Position numbers and translations under genes: made by a program. Below are positions 24,761-32,953 of a stretch of 64,000 nt of DNA, in pieces (within the stretch, counting starts at the first letter, position 1; every line of letters starts with the position of its first letter). The notes beneath the pieces were generated by a model, which was not told the origin of the DNA, ran no database searches, and saw only the letters and a program-made list of their open reading frames with translations. The stretch comes from Polyangia bacterium (GTDB lineage: Bacteria; Myxococcota_A; Polyangia; Palsa-1104; SHYY01). The DNA lies in the NCBI GenBank assembly GCA_036263495.1, contig DATAGU010000330.1, positions 16,637 to 80,636 on the forward strand, read 5' to 3'.

Positions 24761-25440
24761 GATCTCTCTGTCCCCTGCGCCCCCGCCCGGGTCGGCTCGG
24801 CGAGGAGCCGCGCGGCCGCGGCTTCGAGGTGTCCGAGCCCCTCGGCGTCGGCCTCGTAGTAGCCGCGGATGCGGCCTTGCTGGTCGACCAGCACGAGGCG
24901 CGTGCCGTGGAAGATGTTGATCCCGTCGAGGCCATCTCCAGGCGGCTCGCCCGGGCCCGGGCGCTCGCGAGAGAGCCCTAGCTTGAAGCCCTCGACCGCC
25001 GCCTTCTCCACCGCCTGGTACGGCCCGGTGAGGAAGCTCCAGCGGACGGCGTCCGCGCCGTGCTCCTTGGCGAAGCCCGCCAGGCGCTCGGGCGTGTCGC
25101 GCTCAGGTTCGACGGAGAACGACACGAGGCGCAGCGCCGTGGCCGGATAGCCCGCGCGCTCGGCCCAGCGCTGCACCTCCACCATGCGGCGGGTCAGCAC
25201 CGGGCAGACGCCGGAGCAGCTCGTGAACATGAAGTTGGCGACCCAGACGCGCCCGTGCAGGTCCGCGGCGGTCACCGCCTGACCGCGCTGATCGGTCAGG
25301 CGAAAGCTCGGCACCGTGCCGAAGACCGGCAGCGCCTCTGCCTGGCTCGATCGCCGCCGCCCCGGCCCGAGCACCCCGAGCGCCACCAGGGCGCCGAGGA
25401 GCACGGCGAGCGGCGCCGCGAGCCAGAACCTGCGTTTCAC
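24757..25440 (-). CDS. SCO1/SenC copper chaperone (thioredoxin fold)
   Basis: I trimmed track ORF 24757..25872 to the GTG at 25440 (VKRRFWLAAPLAVLL signal anchor), which overlaps the permease stop as GTGA. CxxxC motif FTSCSGVCP and the conserved downstream His (INIFHGTRLVLVD). Confidence 0.85.
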   Translation of the reverse strand: MKRRFWLAAPLAVLLGALVALGVLGPGRRRSSQAEALPVFGTVPSFRLTDQRGQAVTAADLHGRVWVANFMFTSCSGVCPVLTRRMVEVQRWAERAGYPATALRLVSFSVEPERDTPERLAGFAKEHGADAVRWSFLTGPYQAVEKAAVEGFKLGLSRERPGPGEPPGDGLDGINIFHGTRLVLVDQQGRIRGYYEADAEGLGHLEAAAARLLAEPTRAGAQGTERS

Positions 25441-26423
25441 CGCGCGCCTCCTCCTGCCGTCTTGGCTCGCCGCGGCCGGGCCACGCGCCCGAAGCGCGAG
25501 ATCCACACGCCGAGCGCCACGGTCAGGAAGGCGAACCCGAGCACCACCGCGAACTCGAGCCACGCGCTGGTGCCGAGGCCGGCGGTCCCGACGCCGCCGT
25601 AGAGCGCGCGCCGCACCGCGGCCACGCTGTAGGCGACCGGGTTGAGGTGCGCCGCCACGGCCAGCCAGGCGCTCCCGCGCTCGATGGGGAACATCGCGCC
25701 CGAGAGCACCCAAGCCGGGATGAGGAGCACGCTCATGACCGCGTGGTAGCCCTGCACCGAGTCGAGCCACCAGGCCAGGGTGAAGCCGAGGGCCGAGAGG
25801 CCGACGGCGGTGAAGAGGAGCGTGAAGAGGAGCGTGACCCACTGCACGTGGCCGAGGGAAAAGCCGGCCCAAGGCGCGAGGGCGAGGAAGATCCCCGCCT
25901 GCACCATGGCGATGGTGACGCCGCCGAGGGTCTTGCCGAGCACGAGCGCCCAGCGCGCCCCGGGCGCCACCATGACGGCCTGCAAGAACCCCTGGTGCCG
26001 ATCCTCGATGAGCGAGAGGGTGGTGAAGATGGCGGTGAAGAGCACCACCATCACGATCACGCCGGGGAAGAAGTAGGACATGTAACTGACGCTGCCCTCC
26101 GCGCCCGCGCCCGGGAAGCGGAAGCTGGCGTTGAACCCGGATCCGATCGCCAGCCAGAAGATGAGCGGCTGGACGAGCGCTCCGAGCACGCGGCTCTTCT
26201 GCCGGAAGAAGCGCTTGAGGTCGCGCACGACGAGCACCGCGATGGTCGCGAGCCCGAGCCGGAACGCATGTTCGGACGCCCGCGCCGGCTCCACCTCGGG
26301 GGCGCTCCGGGCCCCGGGCCGCTCGGCCGCAGAGGCGACCATAGATTCGGCCAAAGGACCTGATCGACGTTCCGTCAAAGCCCCCGGCGCCGCCGGCGGG
26401 CTCATTTCACTCACTCCGTTCAT
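25437..26423 (-). CDS. ABC-2 type transporter permease
   Basis: Six hydrophobic segments with the ABC-2 pattern (RDLKRFFRQKSRVLGALVQPLIFW...). ATGA overlap with the upstream ATPase gene. Confidence 0.8.
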   Translation of the reverse strand: MNGVSEMSPPAAPGALTERRSGPLAESMVASAAERPGARSAPEVEPARASEHAFRLGLATIAVLVVRDLKRFFRQKSRVLGALVQPLIFWLAIGSGFNASFRFPGAGAEGSVSYMSYFFPGVIVMVVLFTAIFTTLSLIEDRHQGFLQAVMVAPGARWALVLGKTLGGVTIAMVQAGIFLALAPWAGFSLGHVQWVTLLFTLLFTAVGLSALGFTLAWWLDSVQGYHAVMSVLLIPAWVLSGAMFPIERGSAWLAVAAHLNPVAYSVAAVRRALYGGVGTAGLGTSAWLEFAVVLGFAFLTVALGVWISRFGRVARPRRAKTAGGGAR

Positions 26424-27418
26424 ACCGCTCCTTCGTCACCTTCGGGCAGGCCATGTCCCGTCAGCCGGACGAACACGTCGGCCAGGGTCGGCGCGCGCAG
26501 GCTCACCGAGCGCAGCCGCCCACCGGGGAAGGCCTCGACCAGCCGCGGCACGAGCTCGTGCGCGCGCGGCGCCTCCACCACCACCCGCCCATCGACCACC
26601 TGCACCGCCGGTGCGTGGAGGTCGAAGCGCGTGGAGATCACCTCCACCAACTCCTCGGGGCGATCCCCCTCGATCAAGATCCTCTCGTTGCCCACGCGCT
26701 TGCGCAGCGCGGCCGGGGTATCGCAGGCGACGAGCCGCCCGCCGTCGAGCACCCCGAGCCGATCGCAATACTCCGCCTCCTCGGGCTGGTGCGTGGTGAG
26801 GAGCACGGTGAGGCCGCGGCGCGCGCGCAGCTCCAGGATCTGCTCCCAGAAGCGGCGCAGCGACGGCTGATCCAGGCCGCGGCTCGGCTCGTCGAGGACC
26901 AGGATCTGCGGCTCGTGGAGGAGCACGCGGGCGAGCTCGAGGCGCCGCCGCATGCCGCCCGAGTATTGCTCGACCAGCTCGTCGGCGCGCTCGGTGAGGT
27001 CCACGAGCCGCAAGAGCTCCTCGATCCGCTCGCGCGCCACGCGCCGCGGGAGCGCGTAGAGGCCGGCCCCGAGCTGGAGGTTCTCGCGGCCGGTGAGCTT
27101 GAGGTCCAGGCTGGGGTGCTGGAACACGACCCCGAGCCGCGCGCGATACGCCGGGTCCTCGGGGCCGGTCTCGCGCCCCGCGAGCAGGATGCGACCGGCC
27201 TCGGGCGCGAGCAGCCCGGCCAGGATGTGAAACGTCGTGGTCTTGCCCGCCCCGTTCGGCCCGAGGAGGCCGAAGATCTCGCCCCGCCCGACCGAGAACG
27301 ACAGGCCATCGAGGGCCACTCGATCGCCATAGCTGCGGCGCAGCCCTTCGACCACCAGGAGCGGCCCGCCAGGGGCCTGCGACATGGGGGTCATGGGCGT
27401 CGATGTCGCCGCCAGCAT
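26420..27418 (-). CDS. ABC transporter ATP-binding protein
   Basis: Walker A GPNGAGKTT, signature YSGGMRRRLELARVL, Walker B ILVLDEPSRGLD. The start shares one nucleotide with the ctaB stop (TGATG). Confidence 0.85.
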   Translation of the reverse strand: MLAATSTPMTPMSQAPGGPLLVVEGLRRSYGDRVALDGLSFSVGRGEIFGLLGPNGAGKTTTFHILAGLLAPEAGRILLAGRETGPEDPAYRARLGVVFQHPSLDLKLTGRENLQLGAGLYALPRRVARERIEELLRLVDLTERADELVEQYSGGMRRRLELARVLLHEPQILVLDEPSRGLDQPSLRRFWEQILELRARRGLTVLLTTHQPEEAEYCDRLGVLDGGRLVACDTPAALRKRVGNERILIEGDRPEELVEVISTRFDLHAPAVQVVDGRVVVEAPRAHELVPRLVEAFPGGRLRSVSLRAPTLADVFVRLTGHGLPEGDEGAV

Positions 27419-28314
27419 CAGGTACCTCCTCCGTCCGCCATCAGCACCAGGAACAACCCCGTCAAGTAGATGAGAGAGACATAGAACAGCGAGCGCGCCC
27501 AGCGCTCACCGGTCGTGGCTCGGAGGCCCCAGAGGGTCCAGCCGAAGAACACCGCGCCGAGCGAGAGCGCCGCCAGGAGATAGATATGACCCGCGACCCC
27601 GAGCGGCACCAGCAGAAGGCTCGCGGGAACGAGCGCGGCGACCCAGTAGATGGCGTAGCGCTTGGCCGTGCCCACGCCGCGCGCGCCCGGCAGCGTATGG
27701 AGCCCGGCGCGGGCGTAGTCGTCGTTGCGGAAGAGCGAGATGGCGACGAAGTGCGGCACCTGCCAGAGGAAGAGGACGGCGAAGAGCACGAGCCCGGGCC
27801 AGGACAGCCGTCCGGTGGCGGCGGTCCAGCCGAGGAGCGGCGGGATCGCGCCGGGCACGGCGCCGACCACGAGGGCGGTCCAGGAGTGGCGCTTGAGCGG
27901 GGTGTAGGCGAGGACGTAGAGTCCGAGGGCGAGCGCGCCGAGCGCGCCGGTGAGGGGGTTGACGGCCAGGGCGAGGAGCGGCACGCCCAAGGCGCCGAGG
28001 CCGATGCCGAGCCCGAGGGCGGTCCCCGGGGTGAGGCGCTGCGTGGGGAGGGGGCGCTGGCAGGTCCGCGACATGAGGGCATCGACGTCGCGCTCGAGGT
28101 ACATGTTGAGCGTGTTGGCCCCGGCCACGACGAGCGCGGTGCCGGCCAGCGTGAAGAGGAGGAGCCAGAAGGGCGGCGCGCCGGGCGCGAGGTAGAGCCC
28201 GCCGGCGGTCGTGCACAGGACCAGGCCCGTGATCCGCGGTTTGGTGAGGGTCACGACGTCGCGCAGGACGCCGGCCACGCCATGGGGCACGGCGATCGCC
28301 GGCTGTGCCGACAT
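27418..28314 (-). CDS. ctaB: protoheme IX farnesyltransferase (heme O synthase)
   Basis: I trimmed track ORF 27418..29349 to the ATG at 28314 (MSAQPAIAV...TLTKPRITGLV). UbiA-type motifs NMYLERDVDALMSRTCQRPLP and GAVPGAIPPLLGW. ATGA overlap with ctaA. Confidence 0.9.
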   Translation of the reverse strand: MSAQPAIAVPHGVAGVLRDVVTLTKPRITGLVLCTTAGGLYLAPGAPPFWLLLFTLAGTALVVAGANTLNMYLERDVDALMSRTCQRPLPTQRLTPGTALGLGIGLGALGVPLLALAVNPLTGALGALALGLYVLAYTPLKRHSWTALVVGAVPGAIPPLLGWTAATGRLSWPGLVLFAVLFLWQVPHFVAISLFRNDDYARAGLHTLPGARGVGTAKRYAIYWVAALVPASLLLVPLGVAGHIYLLAALSLGAVFFGWTLWGLRATTGERWARSLFYVSLIYLTGLFLVLMADGGGT

Positions 28315-29279
28315 CAACTCGTCACCTCGGACGCCGCGCTCTGCGTACGCAGCCACAGCGTCACCAGGGTCGCGAGCAGGAGGGCCGCGACGGCGAGGTG
28401 GGAGGTCACGCGATAGAGCTCGAGGTAGGACAGGACGCTCATGGCGCCGAGGGTGACCTGCACCCCGACGAGGATCGGGAGGAGCAGGGCGAGGCCGCGG
28501 AGGAAGCGAGCGGGCCCCTGGGCGGTGGCGGGGGAGCGCAGGAGGCCCACGGCGCCGAACACGATCATGATGGCCACGAGCACGGCCATCAGGCGATGGA
28601 CGGCCTGCAGGATCACCGACGGATGGGCGCCGAGCGGCAGGATCGAGCCCTGGCACAGCGGGAAGTCGATGCAGGCGAGGCCGGAGCCGGTGTGGCGGAC
28701 GAGCCCCCCGAGGAGGATCTGTCCGTAGGTGGCGAGGAGCGCCCAGCCGAGCCAGTTCCGCTCGCGGCGTCCGAGCGGCACGCGCCGGGCGTTCCAGTGG
28801 GGATGGAGCCGGGCGGCCAGGTAGAGGATGAGGCTGAAGAACAGCATGGAGACGGCCAGGTGCGCGGTGGACACGAGCGCCGGCAGCTTGAGCCACACGG
28901 TGAGCGCGCCGAGGAGCGCCTGGACGACGACGAGGCCGACGGCGCCGAAGCCGAGGGCGACGAGCCGGCGGTCTTGTGAGGGACCGCGGCGGCGTGACAC
29001 CCAGATGGCCACGGCCAGGACCACGGTGAGCAGGGCCACGGTCCCGGCGACGAGGCGGTGGCTGTGTTCGTAGAGCACGTGGCCCTTCATCTCGGGAAAG
29101 GCGCTGCCAAAGCAGAGCGGCCAATCCGGGCAGGCGAGGCCGGAGCCTGTGCCATGCACCAGACCGCCAACCAGGAGCAGGATGAACGTCGCGAAGGCGA
29201 GGAGCTGAGCCGAGCGGTGCAGAATCATGAGACCTTCTGAGGTTGGGGGGTGGGTAGCAAATGGCTCCGTGAGTGTCAA
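28314..29279 (-). CDS. ctaA: heme A synthase (COX15/CtaA family)
   Basis: Eight hydrophobic helices. Motifs GLVHGTGSGLACPDWPLCFG and VRHTGSGLACIDFPLC, plus conserved His residues (YEHSHRLVA, AVHRLMA). Alternative start ATG at 29228. Confidence 0.85.
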   Translation of the reverse strand: MTLTEPFATHPPTSEGLMILHRSAQLLAFATFILLLVGGLVHGTGSGLACPDWPLCFGSAFPEMKGHVLYEHSHRLVAGTVALLTVVLAVAIWVSRRRGPSQDRRLVALGFGAVGLVVVQALLGALTVWLKLPALVSTAHLAVSMLFFSLILYLAARLHPHWNARRVPLGRRERNWLGWALLATYGQILLGGLVRHTGSGLACIDFPLCQGSILPLGAHPSVILQAVHRLMAVLVAIMIVFGAVGLLRSPATAQGPARFLRGLALLLPILVGVQVTLGAMSVLSYLELYRVTSHLAVAALLLATLVTLWLRTQSAASEVTS

Positions 29280-29469
29280 GGCGCGGGCAGGCGCCAGCGG
29301 CTTTCAGCAGCTGTCCGGCTGCTTCGCTCAACCCACAGGAATGAGGCACGGCGCTGCGTAGGGGGCGGCACTGCGAGGGGCCTCATGTGCAGGTCCGCTC
29401 CGCGCTCTGAGGTCCTCGGCCCGGTCCGCATTTCTTCGATCCCCTTGCCGCTCAAGGGTTCATGCAAAC

Positions 29470-29780
29470 CTCTTCGGTGTCATGTGCCGTCCTTGTGCCG
29501 CCCAACCTGGGCTGATCGAGAAGATCCACCGCAGACTGCAGCGAATCCGGTCAAGCTGGTGTGTCCGGCAAGTTCCATGATGACCCGCACTGGATCCCCC
29601 GCGCATCGCCAGTTGCGAGCAGAAGGTATGGCGAAGTGTGTGCAGCCCGAAGTGTCGGAGGTCCACCCGCGCCTGGATCGCGCCAGTGTGAACGCAACCG
29701 GCCAGGGCACCGCAAAAGCCGAAGAACCCGAGGTCGAGGCGGCGGTGGGGTTGCGTGTAGCTGTAACGCTGATTCCATCG
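29470..29780 (-). pseudogene. degraded tyrosine recombinase (phage-integrase family) remnant
   Basis: C-terminal motifs are split over three frames: LHTLRHTFCSQLAMRG (box II HxLRH), DPVRVIMELAGHTSLT and PDSLQSAVDLLDQ. The segment carrying the catalytic Tyr (..RYAH..) is missing, and most of the N-terminal and core region is absent. Confidence 0.65.
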
Positions 29781-29788
29781 TTGTGCGG

Positions 29789-30085
29789 CTGCTCTCCGCC
29801 ATCATTAGGGGGCTGCTTCCCTCATTACGGTGACTGCTTCCCTCATTACGGTGACTGCTTCCCTCATTACGGTGACTGCTTCCCTCATTACGGTGACTGC
29901 TTCCCTCATTACGGTGGCTGCTTCCCTCATTACGATGGCTGCTTCCCTCATTACGGTGGCTGCTTCCCTCGTTACGGTGGCTGCTTCCGCCATTACGGTG
30001 GCTGCTTCCGCCGTTACGGTGGCTGCTTCCGCCGTTACGGTGGCTGCTTCCGCCGTTACGGTGGTTGCTTCCGCCGTTAGCGGGG
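29789..30085. repeat. 21-bp tandem array, 13 units plus one degenerate leading unit (CTGCTTCCCTCATTACGGTGA to CTGCTTCCGCCGTTACGGTGG)
   Basis: Read directly. Units start every 21 bp from 29813 to 30065. There is an ordered variant gradient along the array. All six frames are open across it. Confidence 0.95.
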
Positions 30086-30158
30086 GCTCAAGCGGGGGCA
30101 CGGCACTCAACCCCTAGGTAACGCCATCCGAGTGGGGCACGCGGCACTCAACGCCCCC
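30081..30158. repeat. two inverted-orientation copies of the GGTTGAGTGCCGCGTRCCCC family
   Basis: GGGGGCACGGCACTCAACCCC at 30094-30114 and GGGGCACGCGGCACTCAACGCCCCC at 30134-30158 are reverse complements of the units at 5769-5853 and 52097-52244. Weaker matches lie at 29325-29380. Confidence 0.8.
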
Positions 30159-30239
30159 GTGTATCGGCTCGCAACCCGCCAATTCGCGGCACCGAAACCG
30201 CTGGAGGGTGTCGCTGCGCGGGTTTCATCAGGCGTTGAT

Positions 30240-30629
30240 CTAGGTTGCACTAACCCAGTCGGGCGTTGACGCCAGATCCAGCCGCATGCTGATGGTATCG
30301 GACTCGGTTTCGCCACTGGCGGTGTCACGAGTCCGCTTGTTCCGTACGAAGCCGAGCCTTTCATAGAAGCCCACAGATGTTCGATAGGCGTCCACCGTGA
30401 GGAGGCGGCAACCAATTTCGACGGTGTGGGCGCGGGCCAGGTCGAAGGCGAAGCGGATAAGCAAGGTGCCAAGGCCGGTATAGGCTTCGCGGAAGCGGGT
30501 CGCGACCGCGAGGCGGGCCACCTTCACTGCAGGCACTTCGGGATGATCATCGTGGCTAAGGGAGAGCTTCTTCTTGTCGGGCGTCTTCAAGACGACCGCA
30601 TCATTGAGGATGGCGACATACCCAGCCAT
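30240..30629 (-). CDS. GNAT-family acetyltransferase resembling TacT/KacT/AtaT-type toxins; the N-terminal region has no canonical start (possible pseudogene)
   Basis: Contains VPAVKVARLAVATRFRE..GLGTLLIRFAFDLA and GCRLLTVDAY..SVGFYERLGF. The homologous frame continues upstream to a stop at 30810-30812 (VLEIRPFGDGDDVSAFTCGDTDLDAFLKEDAARLQRLHVIRLYLAFHQGE) with no ATG, GTG or TTG. The only ATG is at 30629. Confidence 0.6.
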   Translation of the reverse strand: MAGYVAILNDAVVLKTPDKKKLSLSHDDHPEVPAVKVARLAVATRFREAYTGLGTLLIRFAFDLARAHTVEIGCRLLTVDAYRTSVGFYERLGFVRNKRTRDTASGETESDTISMRLDLASTPDWVSAT

Positions 30630-31060
30630 CTCGCCCTGGTGAAAGGCAAGGTAGAGGCGGATGACGTGGAGGCGCTGGAGACGCGCCGCATCTTCCTTGA
30701 GAAACGCATCGAGATCAGTATCTCCGCATGTGAAAGCAGAGACATCGTCCCCGTCGCCGAAGGGTCGGATTTCGAGTACACCCGCGTGCGCCCCATGCAG
30801 AACGCAAGGCTATCATTGCGGCGGCGAGCTTGACCAGGGGACGGGGCCAACTTACTGTCGGAGTCGTGGCCAAGCCGATCACGCCGACTCCGACGATGGA
30901 GGGTGCCGATGCCGCGGCGCTTATCGCATCGCTCGAGAGCACATCTGTGTCTCCCGAGGAGATGGCGCGGCGGGTGGAAGAGTCGCGTCGTCGGGTAGCG
31001 GCGCTCATGGCCCCAAAGCCTGCCAGCCACCCCAGGCCAAAGAGATAGACACGATCTCTG

Positions 31061-31262
31061 GAGCGTGAGCGCCCTCCGCAGCCGCCTACGCCATGATGTG
31101 AACGCAACAGGAGCCGGCAACGGGCGGCGAGGACCCAGGCGCTGTAGACCGCATCGATTCCATCAGCGTGAGCGCCCTCCGCAGCCGCCTATGCCACCAT
31201 GTGCATCAACATCGACGGCACGGGGCGGCGAGGACTCAGGCGCCTTTACATCATCGACCCCC
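31061..31262. repeat. two imperfect tandem copies of a ~103-bp unit
   Basis: AGCGTGAGCGCCCTCCGCAGCCGCCTA(C/T)GCCA... starts at 31062 and again at 31165. The first ~30 nt are nearly identical and the remainder has diverged. Non-coding, located between the islet and the 3' end of the GS gene. Confidence 0.8.
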
Positions 31263-31336
31263 CAAGGGAGTGGGAGCGCGAGGGCGGAACCGTAGGTTCG
31301 CCCTCGCCGGGGTGGAGGGGCGGAGCCCCCCGACGC

Positions 31337-32788
31337 CTAGAAGAGATTCCAGAGGTACTGGTTGGTCACTTCGTGATGGAACTGCACCTCGGCGGTCTTG
31401 ATGAGAGAGCCGAGCGCCTTGGGGCAGCGCTCCGCCTGCGCCTGCTTGACCTCGACGAACCGACCCTGCACCTCCTCGCTGAGGAGCTGCCGCGTCCACT
31501 CGCTCTGCCTGAAGATGCGGATGGCGTCGTGGATATTGTCCGGCAAGAAACGCGTCCGCGTGCGCTTGTCGTTGTCGGCCGGGTCGGTCGCGGGGCCTTC
31601 GAGGCCGGTCCGCAGGAAGGTGTACATCGCCATGTACGGGTTGGCGTCGGGCGCGATGGACCGCACTTCGATGCGCGCGGTGCGCTCGTTGCCGAGCGGG
31701 ATGCGCACCATGGCGCCGCGGTTGATGGCCGAGGCCTTGATCTGGTTCGGCGCCTCGAAGTGCGGATCGAGCCGGCGATACGCGTTCACGCTCGAGTTCG
31801 AGATGAGGCAGATGTCCGACGCGGAGGCGAGGATGCGATCGATGAACTCCCAGCCGAGCTTGGACAGGCCTTCTTCGCCCTTGGCGTCGTGGAACAGGTT
31901 CTTGCCGTCCCGCGCGAGCGAGAGGTTGGTGTGCATGCCGTTGCCGTTGACCCCGGTCACGGGCTTGGGCAGGAAACACGCGGTGAGGTCCATGCTCTGC
32001 GCGACCTGGCGGCACAGGAGCTTGTAGAGCTGGATCTGGTCGGCGGCGATGTTGGCCTCGGTGTAGCCGTAGTTCATCTCGAACTGCGAGGGCGCCACCT
32101 CGGGGTGATCCTTCTCGTTGGCGAAGCCCATGGCCCGCTGCACTTCGGCGGCGGCGTCGATGAACCGGCGCAGCATGTCGCCGGGCAGGGAGTGGTAGTA
32201 GCCGCCGGTGGAGATGAACTCGAACTTGCCGGCCTCGTGGAAGTGCCGCTCGGCATCGCGGCCCTTGAAGAGGAAGCCTTCGATCTCGTTGGCGGCGTGC
32301 GCGAGGGTCCGATCCTTGGCGTAGAGGGCGTCGGTGTAGCGCCGGAGGACGCCGCGGAAGTCGGCCGGGTAGGGGGTGCCGTCGCGGTTGAGGACGTAGG
32401 CGAAGACGAGCACCTTGCCGGGGCCGAAGACGTCGGCCGGCAGCCAGTAGAAGGCCGGCCAGTCGATGGCGAGGCGCAGGTCGGACTCGTGCTGCTGCGA
32501 GAAGCCGCGGATGGAGGAGCCGTCGAAGGTGAGGTTGTCGGCCGACTTGAGGAGGAACTTCTTGTCGTAGTCGAGCATGTGCAGCCGACCCTCGAGGTCG
32601 GTGAAACACACGGTCACGGCCTTGATGCGTCTCTCATCGGTGAGGTATTTGATGCGCTCTTCACGCAGCTGGTCGGCCGAGACGTGGCTGGCGCGGGCGT
32701 GCTTGACTTCGAGGTTCATCTCCTCGAGCCGGTCGTAGGGGATCTCCAGAAAGTCGCGTAGGCTGCGGGGACTGCTCGTTGGTTCCAC
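31337..32788 (-). CDS. glutamine synthetase family protein
   Basis: 483 aa. Motifs FDGSSIRGF, KPVTGVNGNGMHTNLS, NAYRRL and MVRIPLG. GTG start at 32788 preceded by GAAGGAGG. Confidence 0.9.
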   Translation of the reverse strand: MEPTSSPRSLRDFLEIPYDRLEEMNLEVKHARASHVSADQLREERIKYLTDERRIKAVTVCFTDLEGRLHMLDYDKKFLLKSADNLTFDGSSIRGFSQQHESDLRLAIDWPAFYWLPADVFGPGKVLVFAYVLNRDGTPYPADFRGVLRRYTDALYAKDRTLAHAANEIEGFLFKGRDAERHFHEAGKFEFISTGGYYHSLPGDMLRRFIDAAAEVQRAMGFANEKDHPEVAPSQFEMNYGYTEANIAADQIQLYKLLCRQVAQSMDLTACFLPKPVTGVNGNGMHTNLSLARDGKNLFHDAKGEEGLSKLGWEFIDRILASASDICLISNSSVNAYRRLDPHFEAPNQIKASAINRGAMVRIPLGNERTARIEVRSIAPDANPYMAMYTFLRTGLEGPATDPADNDKRTRTRFLPDNIHDAIRIFRQSEWTRQLLSEEVQGRFVEVKQAQAERCPKALGSLIKTAEVQFHHEVTNQYLWNLF

Positions 32789-32837
32789 GGGGCCTCCTTC
32801 TACTACGATGCCGCTTAGAATTAAACTTACGGTTGGT

Positions 32838-32865
32838 TAATTAGACATAATCCTACTGGCGTCAA
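32838..32865 (-). promoter_or_regulatory. sigma-70-like promoter candidate for the GS-family gene (-35 TTGACG, 16-nt spacer, -10 TAATTA)
   Basis: Sits in an unusually AT-rich 70-bp patch. The minus strand reads TTGACGCCAGTAGGATTATGTCTAATTA, about 50 nt upstream of the GTG. Confidence 0.45.
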
Positions 32866-32953
32866 GGATAAAATCCTGGGCGGCTAGACTGCTGGACTTG
32901 TTCGCAAGGTTTCGGGGACGTTCGGGGAGGGTTGGCGCGGAGGCGGCGCGGGT

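Noticed and set aside
29789-30085. Possible CRISPR array.
   Set aside because: The units are head-to-tail 21-mers with no spacers, no repeat-spacer alternation and no cas genes in the window. The same applies to the 22-bp arrays at 5769-5853 and 52097-52244.
29250-30117. Heptad-repeat 'proteins' (HYGDCFP, VTASLIT or VMREAAT repeats) predicted by ORFs 29250..30080(+), 29830..30117(+) and 29805..30110(-).
   Set aside because: A 21-bp period keeps all six frames open, so these ORFs are a by-product of the tandem DNA repeat. None has a start context or flanking coding sequence with host codon bias.
30081-30158. Integron attC-type recombination sites, because the repeat core GTTGAGT fits the GTTRRRY core-site consensus and an integrase remnant and TA-type cassette are adjacent.
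   Set aside because: The 7-bp degenerate consensus is weak evidence. The copies at each locus are direct rather than the inverted R''/R' pair with an intervening imperfect palindrome required of attC. The recombinase remnant shows no IntI-specific features that I can see.
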